Below are positions 1-9,507 of a stretch of 64,000 nt of DNA, in pieces. The notes beneath the pieces are model-generated. The model saw only the letters and a program-made list of their open reading frames with translations. It did not search any database and had not been told where the DNA came from. How positions within the stretch are numbered: the first letter of the stretch is position 1; every line of letters starts with the position of its first letter. This stretch comes from Clostridia bacterium (GTDB lineage: Bacteria; Bacillota; Clostridia; Oscillospirales; CAG-272), in assembly GCA_017399305.1 (NCBI GenBank), contig JAFQDK010000018.1:2363-66362 (forward strand), in the 5' to 3' direction. A program made the translations under genes and the position numbers.

Positions 1-1045
1 CGGAAGCAAGCCCATACTGTATAGCCACTCTGTAAATCTGCCATTGTAGCAAATTGTATTTTGAGGCATAAAGAGTTTTATCATCATTGACATAAGGCAT
101 CAGCAGTTCTGAAACATCAATCTCCGCTCCTGCAGTGTCCTTCCACGAACCACCGGCAGCAACAAGCATTTGTCCTACCTTTTCGCACAAGTCATTCCAT
201 ACAAGATACGAAAAGTTCAAAAAATCACTTACCGACATTTTTTCGGAAAGCGCATTGTGTGCTTTGTTTGTCAAGTTTTCTTCCTCTTCCGCAGTATATG
301 GGCCGTTTGAAGAATACCAGCTCCACGGACTGACAGCTACAGCGGTAGGCGGTTCTGCATATACCGTAGTAGTACCGAGCTCCTCGCCCGAAAATGTTCT
401 TACTATGAGATAATACTGTATACCTTTAACGACATCACATGTTATGTAAAAGTTTGTATTATTAACACCGCTTATCTCTATATATTCACTCGGCGAACCG
501 TACCATAAAAGGCGTTCTATATCATTCTCGGTTGTAAGGTATCCGATTACGTCAAGCTTACCTTCCGAGTAAAAGACTGCTTTCCCGCTCCCCGCAAAAG
601 AAACTGGGCAGCGGTATATACGATACGGCTTGTCGTCAAAGGGGAGTTCTTTACTGCATATTTTAGAGATGTTTGTCCCTAAGCTTTTAGAGCTGTATAC
701 CCATGTCTGGGTCTGTGACGAGGTCGTTGTCGCTTTACCGTATACTTCATATGATGCAACACTGCCATCTATTTGAATTGCGAGATTGTATGTCTTTCCG
801 GGATACAATCCGCTGTATGTATATAGATATTCGTCGGTATACCATCCACCTTCGCCGTCAGAGATGCATTCCGCTTCTGTATAACCGACATAAGTGTATT
901 CGGTGTCACTTTCTTCTTTTATACTGAAGTGAAAGCCTGTTTTTGTGCCATCTGTTACTATAGAATCTTCCTGTACTTCGTCGCTTTTTATATAAACGCT
1001 TATCGAGTAATTGTCTCTTGCCCTGATTACTATCTCAAGTCCCAT
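1..1045 (-). CDS. Phage virion protein (tail/receptor-binding side), 3' end runs off window
   Basis: Manual minus-strand translation from ATG at 1045 (MGLEIVIRARDNYSISVYIK...) stays open to position 1; missing from ORF track only because no stop lies in the window. Confidence 0.5.
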   Translation of the reverse strand, partial: MGLEIVIRARDNYSISVYIKSDEVQEDSIVTDGTKTGFHFSIKEESDTEYTYVGYTEAECISDGEGGWYTDEYLYTYSGLYPGKTYNLAIQIDGSVASYEVYGKATTTSSQTQTWVYSSKSLGTNISKICSKELPFDDKPYRIYRCPVSFAGSGKAVFYSEGKLDVIGYLTTENDIERLLWYGSPSEYIEISGVNNTNFYITCDVVKGIQYYLIVRTFSGEELGTTTVYAEPPTAVAVSPWSWYSSNGPYTAEEEENLTNKAHNALSEKMSVSDFLNFSYLVWNDLCEKVGQMLVAAGGSWKDTAGAEIDVSELLMPYVNDDKTLYASKYNLLQWQIYRVAIQYGLAS

Positions 1046-1059
1046 ATGATCACCACCGT

Positions 1060-1980
1060 TTATCCAAACACCGCATTGCCCGAACCGATTTCCGAAATCA
1101 AGCCGCTTTTATATGCAAAAATCCTACTTGATTCAAAGTCAAAGAAAATACCTGTTCCAAGTAAGGTTTCTGCACCGTCTGTAGGTGCTGTATTTCCGCC
1201 CGGATATTCTCCCTCGTAGTTGTATACCGAACTATCACCAATCCATAGCCCTTTTTGCATTTTCTCAATACAGCCTTTTTTAGTTCCGGATTCGCCGGCA
1301 CCTATGAAAATATACGGATACTCAAATTTATCAAAAATGGTATTTGCTCCAAATTCAAGCTTAACATTTCCGTTTCCGTCGCAGAGAACCAGCTTGTCAC
1401 CAAACATTTTTGTATACCAAGCAAGGCTCTTCAGCGTCACATCACCCGAAATCAATACATTGCCGCGCAGCTTAAATCCTTCTGCCGTCTGTTCAAACAG
1501 CGTGTAAATACTATCACCGCTAAGAACCTGCCATTCTTCCGATAAATCGTTGTAATAGTAGTATTTTTCCGATAAAATATTTCCGTCTTCATCGGTATTT
1601 CTTATGACATATACCTTATCAGTGTCAACCATTTCCGAAGACGAGTTCACTTCTTCGGCATCTCCGAGCGAAGCCCCTTTAGATACAACAGTTTCTATCG
1701 CATCTGCGGTCTGTTTAAGCGTCGAATAAGCAGAAAGCGCAGATTTCAGATCCGCTTTTGATACCATTGTTTTAATGGCATCAGCGGTAATCTGCACCTG
1801 CGCTTTCATATTATTTTGTTCAACAGTATATCCATCGCTGAAATTGTCGCTGTCAAGATTATTAATTGCATCCTCATACTTGCGCCGCATTATTTCATAT
1901 GCATCGTAAAGCGTCTGCACGGCAGAGCGCAGTTCTTTAAAATCCATCTTGGATATGTCTTTATCAAACATACAAATCAC
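1060..1980 (-). CDS. Phage tail-fibre-like structural protein
   Basis: 306-aa ORF in virion module; N-terminal heptad-like/coiled-coil segment (QVQITADAIKTMVSKADLKSALSAYSTLKQTADAIETVVSK) then beta-rich C-terminus. Confidence 0.45.
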   Translation of the reverse strand: MICMFDKDISKMDFKELRSAVQTLYDAYEIMRRKYEDAINNLDSDNFSDGYTVEQNNMKAQVQITADAIKTMVSKADLKSALSAYSTLKQTADAIETVVSKGASLGDAEEVNSSSEMVDTDKVYVIRNTDEDGNILSEKYYYYNDLSEEWQVLSGDSIYTLFEQTAEGFKLRGNVLISGDVTLKSLAWYTKMFGDKLVLCDGNGNVKLEFGANTIFDKFEYPYIFIGAGESGTKKGCIEKMQKGLWIGDSSVYNYEGEYPGGNTAPTDGAETLLGTGIFFDFESSRIFAYKSGLISEIGSGNAVFG

Positions 1981-3784
1981 CGCCTGCCTCTATGGATAAC
2001 TCCATTTCATAAAGCTTTACATATCCGTATCCCTCAAAGTGAAGCTTGATGCCGTAGTTTGCTGTTTTCCTCGGCTTCACTCGTATTACTTTCTGACCGT
2101 AGCCGCTGCTTGAATAAACAAGGTGTGACGTAGCAGCATCAAATTTTTCATCACCGTAAAGCATATACACGTCCACCTTTGCATCCTCTGCAATATCGGC
2201 AAAAAGCTGTATCTTTTTTATATGCTTTATGTCTATTGTTTCTGCGGTAATAAGGTCGGTTTCAAAACTCCACTCATGCATATATTCTTCAGTGTCCATC
2301 TTGTAGACAACACCGTTGCTTGTGAGCATATACACACCATTTTTGTTGTGTGCAAAACTCAATACAGTATATGATATTTCCTGCTCTGACCACTGTTCTA
2401 TAAGCGTGTCGTATACAAACAGATGGCGGTTTCCGTCTGCATCCTCACAGTACAGATAATAGTTTCTTCCGTCAGTGCCACTAACTGCATAGACAAAACG
2501 CTTCATGTTCAGATAGTACCCGATAATACGCGGGTTAGAGCCTGTATAAATCTTTACATCATCGTCTGAAACAAAGATAAGCCGTCCGTCTACGTCCTGA
2601 ATGGTCCTATGGTCTATAGCCCCCTCCGCATAAATGTCCTGTATACGAAACGGATTTTTCGTGTTGTACAACTCATGCATAAAATCACGCTTAAAACATA
2701 CGATATGGCTTTGAAATACCGTTATGCCTGTAAAAGCTCCGCCTGCTTTGGTGTTGGACTGTGCCGGAGAGCACCAAGCATTGCTTTCGTTGTATTCCCC
2801 TACCGTGTCAAGATTCCAGTTTGTATAATCGTTGTATCCGCTTGCATAAACGCGGTCATCATCAACGCCGAAAAGTCTTGATAAATGCACGGCTGCGTAT
2901 TTGATAGGCGGAAACGCCGGCGGAACACTCACTTTCCAACCCGAGTTTTCGCTGTCACTTTCATCGTCAACCCAACGATAGACATCGTTGTTGTGAGCAT
3001 TCCTGTAATAATAATTATGACTTGCGGTATCAGGCGGCAGATACGGAGATTTTGTGTTCGTATATTCCTTGACGAGCACATCCATAGAGTCAAGAATAAA
3101 ATATCCTGCACCGCCACTTTGCTTTACATAACGGTTGCCGTCGACATCTGTAGCTACTGTATAGTATACTTTACCGTTGTCACCGCGATAGCAATACATT
3201 ACGTCTTTAGCTGCAGCTGCTAAACTGTCAGTGTCCCACTCTTCGGGATTATCCGAAGCTACTAGGATATTCATAAACATAGACTTCTTATCGGGGAAAA
3301 AGAGAAGCTTTTTAATGTATTGACCGGTTACAGGATCTGTAGGCGTATCATACACATTAAACTGCACAACCGAGCGCGGATAGTCATCATCTTCTGTTGC
3401 ATCTTCAGTCTTCAAAATGCCTGTAAATATCCCTTTTTCATGTGATATATAGTCAACCTTGATTTGTTTGACGCTTTCGCCGTCAATTTCGCCTGTGTCA
3501 CGGTATATTACAACGAGAAAATCATCAAATCCAAACATGCCTATGGGACAATCATACCCTGTTTTGTATGGCAATCTACTTTGTGACGGAACAAGATACG
3601 GCGCTTCAAGCGTTGAAATGTTGCTCTCCATAGATAAAGCACCTGTATCAATTGTCTGCCTTTTGTTAAGACCGCTCCACGAGCGTTTTGTCATCTTGGA
3701 ATACTTTACCCCTTCAGGAAGCGGAAGCTGTAAATATGAAAGCCTGTTTTCCTTCTTTTTAGCCATATCTGCCTCACATTCCAA
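1964..3784 (-). CDS. Large phage virion/tail protein, function unknown
   Basis: 606-aa ORF overlapping neighbours by a few nt in the late operon downstream of capsid genes. Confidence 0.45.
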   Translation of the reverse strand: MECEADMAKKKENRLSYLQLPLPEGVKYSKMTKRSWSGLNKRQTIDTGALSMESNISTLEAPYLVPSQSRLPYKTGYDCPIGMFGFDDFLVVIYRDTGEIDGESVKQIKVDYISHEKGIFTGILKTEDATEDDDYPRSVVQFNVYDTPTDPVTGQYIKKLLFFPDKKSMFMNILVASDNPEEWDTDSLAAAAKDVMYCYRGDNGKVYYTVATDVDGNRYVKQSGGAGYFILDSMDVLVKEYTNTKSPYLPPDTASHNYYYRNAHNNDVYRWVDDESDSENSGWKVSVPPAFPPIKYAAVHLSRLFGVDDDRVYASGYNDYTNWNLDTVGEYNESNAWCSPAQSNTKAGGAFTGITVFQSHIVCFKRDFMHELYNTKNPFRIQDIYAEGAIDHRTIQDVDGRLIFVSDDDVKIYTGSNPRIIGYYLNMKRFVYAVSGTDGRNYYLYCEDADGNRHLFVYDTLIEQWSEQEISYTVLSFAHNKNGVYMLTSNGVVYKMDTEEYMHEWSFETDLITAETIDIKHIKKIQLFADIAEDAKVDVYMLYGDEKFDAATSHLVYSSSGYGQKVIRVKPRKTANYGIKLHFEGYGYVKLYEMELSIEAGGDLYV

Positions 3785-4391
3785 ACTGCGCCGCTTTGTT
3801 GCTTATCCACGCCTTGAAAGTTTCAAGCAAAATGTTGTAGTCATTTAGCCACTTAGCAGCGAGAACATCTTCATTAGCCGTTTTGTATGCTTCACCGCGC
3901 AGTTTCGCTTTTACCAAGTCCATAAACTCTATTGGGATATTTATACATTCCTCTCTTGCGTTACCGCCTTCATCAACCGTTTTAAGCGCAGGCTTTACAA
4001 AGTATATTATTTTAATATCTTTTGCACCTTCGGGTATATTAAGCCCGATATCGCTACCGTTTTTAAAAAACGTGTTCGGAAATATCACGCCGCTTGCAAC
4101 AGTTGATTTTATAAGCTGTACATCATCAACATATACAGCGTATATATCCTCAAATCTAACCGGACTTTCGTCCTCAGATACAGGAATATCGCAAACAGAC
4201 AAAAGATGCACGCTTGAATCCACGATGCTCTTAGCAAAACACTTCTGCTGTTGTATAATCTCGGTGTAAAGCAACTGTTCAAGGGCATTCAACCATAAAA
4301 CATAGCTTGCATCCGAAATAGGAATTGCTATGTCTACTTCGTTTTTTAGTTCAGCGATAAGCTCCTTTGCCGTAATTGTACTTTTAAACAT
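3774..4391 (-). CDS. Phage structural protein, unknown
   Basis: 205-aa ORF, tightly packed in late operon. Confidence 0.4.
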   Translation of the reverse strand: MFKSTITAKELIAELKNEVDIAIPISDASYVLWLNALEQLLYTEIIQQQKCFAKSIVDSSVHLLSVCDIPVSEDESPVRFEDIYAVYVDDVQLIKSTVASGVIFPNTFFKNGSDIGLNIPEGAKDIKIIYFVKPALKTVDEGGNAREECINIPIEFMDLVKAKLRGEAYKTANEDVLAAKWLNDYNILLETFKAWISNKAAQFGM

Positions 4392-4403
4392 AACTTATCC
4401 CCT

Positions 4404-4739
4404 TTACCAGCGCATACGCTTTATTCTTCGACCTTTGGCATTGTCATTCCAATATTTGAGATATGCTTCATGCGCTTTACGTATAAATTCGCTTTTATAC
4501 GCTTCACCTTGCCCCGAAAGGAACAGAATGTTGTCAACAATAGCATTGTGATATAGCGGAAGCACAATATTATCGTCCGAAAGCGACTTTATCGGAGCAT
4601 ACTCTGTCTTTTCTTCGGTGACAAAGCCATCGTATTTCGAAAGTAGTTCGTTTATCGTATCGTTAAAATAGTTAAAAAAACGCCTCTGTTCAAGAGGCAC
4701 TACCAAATTCACTTTTTCAAATATTTCAAGTATGGTCAT
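4404..4739 (-). CDS. Small head-proximal structural protein (adaptor-like, tentative)
   Basis: ORF 4404-4766; ATG at 4739 (MTILEIFEK) is preceded by AAGGAGG, so I prefer that start; position right after capsid gene. Confidence 0.35.
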   Translation of the reverse strand: MTILEIFEKVNLVVPLEQRRFFNYFNDTINELLSKYDGFVTEEKTEYAPIKSLSDDNIVLPLYHNAIVDNILFLSGQGEAYKSEFIRKAHEAYLKYWNDNAKGRRIKRMRW

Positions 4740-4847
4740 ACGACCTCCTTTATTTTGGTTCAGCAAGTACCATCATTCGCCCCAGTTCCCCGGGGCGAAT
4801 GCGGCAAAAAAAGCTCACTTAAATGTGAGCATAGGTAATATCAGGTT

Positions 4848-6020
4848 TTACGCTACGTTTGTAATACGAACACAACCGCCGGGGTTAGTGCATACAAGGT
4901 CGCCGTAGTTTGCAAGAAGTGCACGATAGCAGCTCTTACCTTCCATAAGGTTGAAGATGCCACCGTTCTGAAGTTCTGCAAAGTTCCATTCGAGGTCATG
5001 AAGCTCAAGCGCACCGCTCTCAACGCCCCACATCTCACTCGCAGGAACAAAGCTCTCGTTGATAATATCAACCTCTCTGTTGCCAAAGATAAACTTGATA
5101 GCCTTGAAGCCGCCCTTGATAGTGTGGGACATCTCCTCAACTCTGTAATTGTTGGTGCGAAGATATGTAACATACGCATCATATGCGTCATCACCGCAAC
5201 AAATGGTGTCAATCTTGGAGTTCTTGTCGTTGAGTGCCTGACGAAGCGCCTTTGTGATAACACCGTCATCAATGTCGCCGCCTGCGTCAATAACAACAGG
5301 ACGAAGGAAGGGATTAGCCGCCTTGTTCACACCGTAAATGGTTTCGATGGAATCGTCAAAGATTGCACCAAGACCGGTGATTTCTCTGTTGTAGGAATTC
5401 TGAACTGTGATAAAGCCTTCTGCAAACTGCTGTGCAGAGCCGTCAACAGTAATGGTCTTGCCTGCGCGGTCAACGCTGAGAATACGTCTGCCGGCGCCGC
5501 CGTCAACAGGAGTATCGCCGCCTGTCGCATAGATATCAATAATAAGACCTTCCTTGAGATGTGCGGTATCCGCAACAGTAATAGTGTTGCCTGCCGCATC
5601 AAGTGCTGAAATAGTGGTAAGCACACCTGTGCCATTGCCGAAAAGGCTTCTGCCCACATTCCACTTTGCGGTTTCATACGCGCCCTTAACTTCAACGTCA
5701 AGTGCGTTTGCCATAGCGCCGCCTGATCCGGTAAGCTTTACAGCCTTTTCGGAAATAACGACGTTTACATACATATCCTTGGCTTCAGTGACAAATTTTT
5801 CGACTCTTACACCGCCCGCCGCAGGAGTTGCCTGTCCTTCAGCGCCGAAACCAAAGCCACCGGAAAGACCTACAGGAGCAGAGGCAACAATCTTGTTGCC
5901 GACAAGCTTCTTTTTCTTAATCTTGCCGAGAAGAGCTGAGGGCTCAACGCCAAGCTGATTGCGCCACGCAGGAAGATAATTTTCCTTAAGCGCTTTTTCA
6001 AAAGTAATAAGATTCTGCAT
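4848..6020 (-). CDS. Major capsid protein
   Basis: 390-aa ORF immediately after scaffold gene; strong RBS; Gly/Ala-rich N-arm (GLSGGFGFGAEGQATPAAGG) typical of HK97-fold coat proteins; synteny portal-scaffold-capsid. Confidence 0.75.
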   Translation of the reverse strand: MQNLITFEKALKENYLPAWRNQLGVEPSALLGKIKKKKLVGNKIVASAPVGLSGGFGFGAEGQATPAAGGVRVEKFVTEAKDMYVNVVISEKAVKLTGSGGAMANALDVEVKGAYETAKWNVGRSLFGNGTGVLTTISALDAAGNTITVADTAHLKEGLIIDIYATGGDTPVDGGAGRRILSVDRAGKTITVDGSAQQFAEGFITVQNSYNREITGLGAIFDDSIETIYGVNKAANPFLRPVVIDAGGDIDDGVITKALRQALNDKNSKIDTICCGDDAYDAYVTYLRTNNYRVEEMSHTIKGGFKAIKFIFGNREVDIINESFVPASEMWGVESGALELHDLEWNFAELQNGGIFNLMEGKSCYRALLANYGDLVCTNPGGCVRITNVA

Positions 6021-6050
6021 ATTTTTTCTCCTTTAATAAAAAATCTCAAA

Positions 6051-6983
6051 TCAGTTTCCGCCGAACATTTCTCTTGTTCTGCGAGAAGCTTCTTCGAGTG
6101 TTGTTGGTTCTTCTTTTATATCGAGTGCCGCATTTACTGCACCGCTACTTGCAGAAAACGGTGGCACTTGCTGACTGTTCTTGATTTCCGCAAGGCGCTG
6201 TTTTTCAATAGCTTCGCGGAAAGCGGGATTGTTCTGATAAAGAGCCATAAGCTCGTCAGTGCCAGGTTCTTTAGGGGCAGCAGGCGGATTGTTCATACCG
6301 TTTACCCCCTTTGCTATCACATAAGCATTGATGTACTTTTCTTCCATAGGTACATTGTCCGCCGCAAGCCACTTGTTGTTTGCAATTATCTTGTCAAGCT
6401 GCGGAAGCATATCACGGATGCCCGAAAGCTCGGGAATCTGACTAAGACCGTCAATTACATCGGTCTTTTCTTTTTCTCGCATACCCTGTTTTGCAAATTC
6501 AAGTGTAGGCGCAAGTTCCTGCATCATTTGCTTACGGTTGTATTCAGATAACTCTGCCGTATATTTTTCCTGTGCCGCTCTTATGGTCGCTTCATCAGCA
6601 AAAGCAAGTGAAGCAATATCAGGCGGAACGGGGGGTGTCAAAGCATCCTCTATCACATGCTGTTCATTTTGTTTTGATAGCTCGTCAATCTGACTTTGTA
6701 GCTGTTCATTCTGTTTTTTTGCTTCTTCAAGCGCCTGTTCTAACTGAGCATTCAACGCCTGCTGTTCGGCGGCAGCTTGTGCAGCTGTTTCTGCTATTTG
6801 TGCCGCATTGTCAAGCTCTGCCTGTTCTTTCGTCTGCACCGGCACTTCTTCGCCTGTCAGCTCTGTCTGTTCAGCTGTTCCATCTGTTGCCGGCGCTTCG
6901 GTATTATCAGAAGGAGCTTGTCCGTCTGTAAACATCTGCTGTGTAGCAACACTTGCATCTTCAAAAGTATTGGGATTTTCCAT
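6051..6983 (-). CDS. Scaffolding protein
   Basis: 310 aa, acidic, Q/E/A-rich coiled coil (AAQAAAEQQALNAQLEQALEEAKKQNEQLQSQIDELSKQNEQ) between portal and capsid. Confidence 0.7.
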   Translation of the reverse strand: MENPNTFEDASVATQQMFTDGQAPSDNTEAPATDGTAEQTELTGEEVPVQTKEQAELDNAAQIAETAAQAAAEQQALNAQLEQALEEAKKQNEQLQSQIDELSKQNEQHVIEDALTPPVPPDIASLAFADEATIRAAQEKYTAELSEYNRKQMMQELAPTLEFAKQGMREKEKTDVIDGLSQIPELSGIRDMLPQLDKIIANNKWLAADNVPMEEKYINAYVIAKGVNGMNNPPAAPKEPGTDELMALYQNNPAFREAIEKQRLAEIKNSQQVPPFSASSGAVNAALDIKEEPTTLEEASRRTREMFGGN

Positions 6984-7003
6984 TGTTTTTCTCCTTTTTC
7001 AAA

Positions 7004-9004
7004 TTACTGCATACTACTTTGCATCTGCATCATAGCTTTTTGTTTCTCTTCTGCTTCAACTATCTGCTTATGTTCTTTCAGATGATTTTCAAGAGCCGCC
7101 GCATATTCGGGCTTTTTAAGCTTTAAAAGCTGAAAATCCATCTGCAAAATATAGCGTAAATGTTCTTCTATATGTATCTCGTGTTCGTCAAACTCGGATA
7201 TCTTAGGAATAACACCGCTTTCAAAGAACACGTTTTCACGTTGCGCCGCCTGAATCTGTAAAGAATTTATGTTCATAATGTCGGAGTAGCTTCCGATTTT
7301 CATAAATTCAAGCGCACGAAGCTTTACGCGTTCAGGAATCCGGCCTTCCTTATCGGTAAACAGCCCCATGTTGTATGCGTCAAAAAAGCGTTGCTTCTGC
7401 ATATCCTCACTCATCAAAAGCTCATTTTCGGTAATATATTCCACATCGTATGAGTTAATATCCTCAGCCGACCATATAAGAGCCTTGCCGATATTGTTCA
7501 TTCCGACATAGTTAAGTATTCTGCGTGTATTGGCATACCGTTTGTAAATCTCAAGCCACAAAGAAGCGAGTTTGCGTACCGAGTTTCTGATATGATCACC
7601 GGTAAGCGATAGACGTGTATTGTCTATTTCCATAAGGTTTGATATAGCAGTACCCGATGTGATTCCCGACGGTGTAGCACCGTTTACCATCAGCTGTGAA
7701 ACACCCGCGGCGTATTCCATATCGTTTTTTAGGTTGTATCTTTCCTGCATGATCTCAGCAGGCAGAGCACCGTTCGGAACAGGAGCGGGAGGATTAGAAC
7801 CGCTCTTATATACGAGAAATGCGCCTGGCGCAAGTCCGTTTTGCTCGTATTCCTCAATATCAATACTGCCTTCCTCGGTCAAGAGGTTGCCAAGAGCAAT
7901 GCGCTTGATAAACTCATGTATACGGTTAATGCAGCCGTTATACGCACGTTGAAGCGGTATGAGATTCTCAATAGTTGATTTTCCAAAAAACTGTCCTGCA
8001 ACTTCATGGCATACACATTGCACAATCGGTATCTGCTTATACGGCAAATCTCCGTAATATACAAGATGCTCACCGCCAACAATTATTATCATGCGTCCAT
8101 TCGGCTTGTGCTTTGACGGTTTTTCAAAGTATGTGATAATCTTTTCAGCGTTTTCGGCAGTCCTGTGTCCTATAGTGACAACCGTATTTTCATATCCAAA
8201 ACCGCCACCGGATGCAATAGGAGTAAGCTCAAAGGTTTCAATAGCACTGCCTTTAACCTTGATACCGTAGAGGTCATATATATCCTCCACACTCTTAACC
8301 TGCTCTAAGATAATGGATCGCTGATTTTCAATACCTTGCTTAAAAATGCTTTCAGGGAATATTTCATACGGTGTAATAAGACCGTAATCAATGTCGCCCT
8401 GATAATATGCACGCTCACGCTTTCGCTCTATGCCGTCTTCGCCAACTTCAAGCACGGTTTCAATGGCATATTTTTCACCTTTGTCTTTGTCCCACCATGA
8501 AAGCCAAAAGCAGTTGCCGCAAAGCTCGTTCCACAGTATCATCGTGTTCTTCTTGCTTTCGAAATCGGATGCCTTTTGCATATATTGCAGAATTGATGTA
8601 GATACATCTGCCTTTGCATAATCATCAAGCTCGTTTGTTGCCGGACGAACCTTCATCATGTAGTTTATCTTTTTGAGATTTGCAATGCGCGTCTCAATAA
8701 GCGGCGCAATAGCATTAAACGCTTCACGCTCAAGCCAGTCGTATACAGGTTCAAGCTGTTCAATATCACCGCGATAAGGGTTTACCTCGCAATATTGATT
8801 CCCTACAAGAAAGTTTGCGTTCAGTGTCCATTGTCTTTCAAGCGGAGAACGCTCTGTACGCCGTTTTTCAAGCTCTTCGATAACCTTATGTATGATATCT
8901 TCTTTGAAAAGAACCTCTCCGTCTTGCTCTATATCAATAGCCGTGTCATTCTCGTCAGCTGCAGGTGACGAGAAAAGACTTCGCAGTTTTTCTTTTAAAT
9001 TCAT
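7004..9004 (-). CDS. Portal protein
   Basis: 666-aa ORF downstream of terL, upstream of scaffold; size and position canonical. Confidence 0.8.
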   Translation of the reverse strand: MNLKEKLRSLFSSPAADENDTAIDIEQDGEVLFKEDIIHKVIEELEKRRTERSPLERQWTLNANFLVGNQYCEVNPYRGDIEQLEPVYDWLEREAFNAIAPLIETRIANLKKINYMMKVRPATNELDDYAKADVSTSILQYMQKASDFESKKNTMILWNELCGNCFWLSWWDKDKGEKYAIETVLEVGEDGIERKRERAYYQGDIDYGLITPYEIFPESIFKQGIENQRSIILEQVKSVEDIYDLYGIKVKGSAIETFELTPIASGGGFGYENTVVTIGHRTAENAEKIITYFEKPSKHKPNGRMIIIVGGEHLVYYGDLPYKQIPIVQCVCHEVAGQFFGKSTIENLIPLQRAYNGCINRIHEFIKRIALGNLLTEEGSIDIEEYEQNGLAPGAFLVYKSGSNPPAPVPNGALPAEIMQERYNLKNDMEYAAGVSQLMVNGATPSGITSGTAISNLMEIDNTRLSLTGDHIRNSVRKLASLWLEIYKRYANTRRILNYVGMNNIGKALIWSAEDINSYDVEYITENELLMSEDMQKQRFFDAYNMGLFTDKEGRIPERVKLRALEFMKIGSYSDIMNINSLQIQAAQRENVFFESGVIPKISEFDEHEIHIEEHLRYILQMDFQLLKLKKPEYAAALENHLKEHKQIVEAEEKQKAMMQMQSSMQ

Positions 9005-9198
9005 TCTTCTTTCTCACCGCCTTTACTTTTTCTTCGCCAGTTTTTCAGCACCTTTTCGTGCGCGGATGGAGTGTAGTTTGTTTTTTGACCTTTGTATTCG
9101 GTCAAATCCTTGCTCATTATTCTGTTGTACAAATCTTTTCTCTCAAAGTGATGCATAATATACTGCAAAATAAGAAAAGCGACTAAAACATAATTCAT
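9001..9198 (-). CDS. Small hypothetical membrane protein
   Basis: 65-aa ORF with N-terminal hydrophobic helix (MNYVLVAFLILQYIM), overlaps portal start by 4 nt. Confidence 0.3.
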   Translation of the reverse strand: MNYVLVAFLILQYIMHHFERKDLYNRIMSKDLTEYKGQKTNYTPSAHEKVLKNWRRKSKGGEKEE

Positions 9199-9210
9199 AG
9201 CCGCTCTCCT

Positions 9211-9507
9211 TTATTCTGTTGTACCTGTATTCACGCCATCGCCGTCTTCGTTTACGCTAACAGACTTATTTTGTAGCTGCTCACCCGCTTTTACACTACT
9301 GTTAAAGAAAAGCGGAGGAATACCAGTCTTTTTCTTTTCCTTGGGACGTTCCTTTTCCGCCTTGCCGATAGCCGCGCTTGCAGCCTTTGCACACTCACGG
9401 CAGATAATAACCGAGTTGCCCATTTCCCTTGTAAGAGAAATCATATACGAGCTTGTGTTCTTGCAGCCTCTTACACTGCATTTTCTTTTTACATACTTTG
9501 CGTTCAT
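9211..9507 (-). CDS. Zinc-ribbon protein of unknown function
   Basis: 98 aa, CxxGC...CxxC (CSVRGCKN ... CRECAK), inserted between terL and portal. Confidence 0.4.
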   Translation of the reverse strand: MNAKYVKRKCSVRGCKNTSSYMISLTREMGNSVIICRECAKAASAAIGKAEKERPKEKKKTGIPPLFFNSSVKAGEQLQNKSVSVNEDGDGVNTGTTE

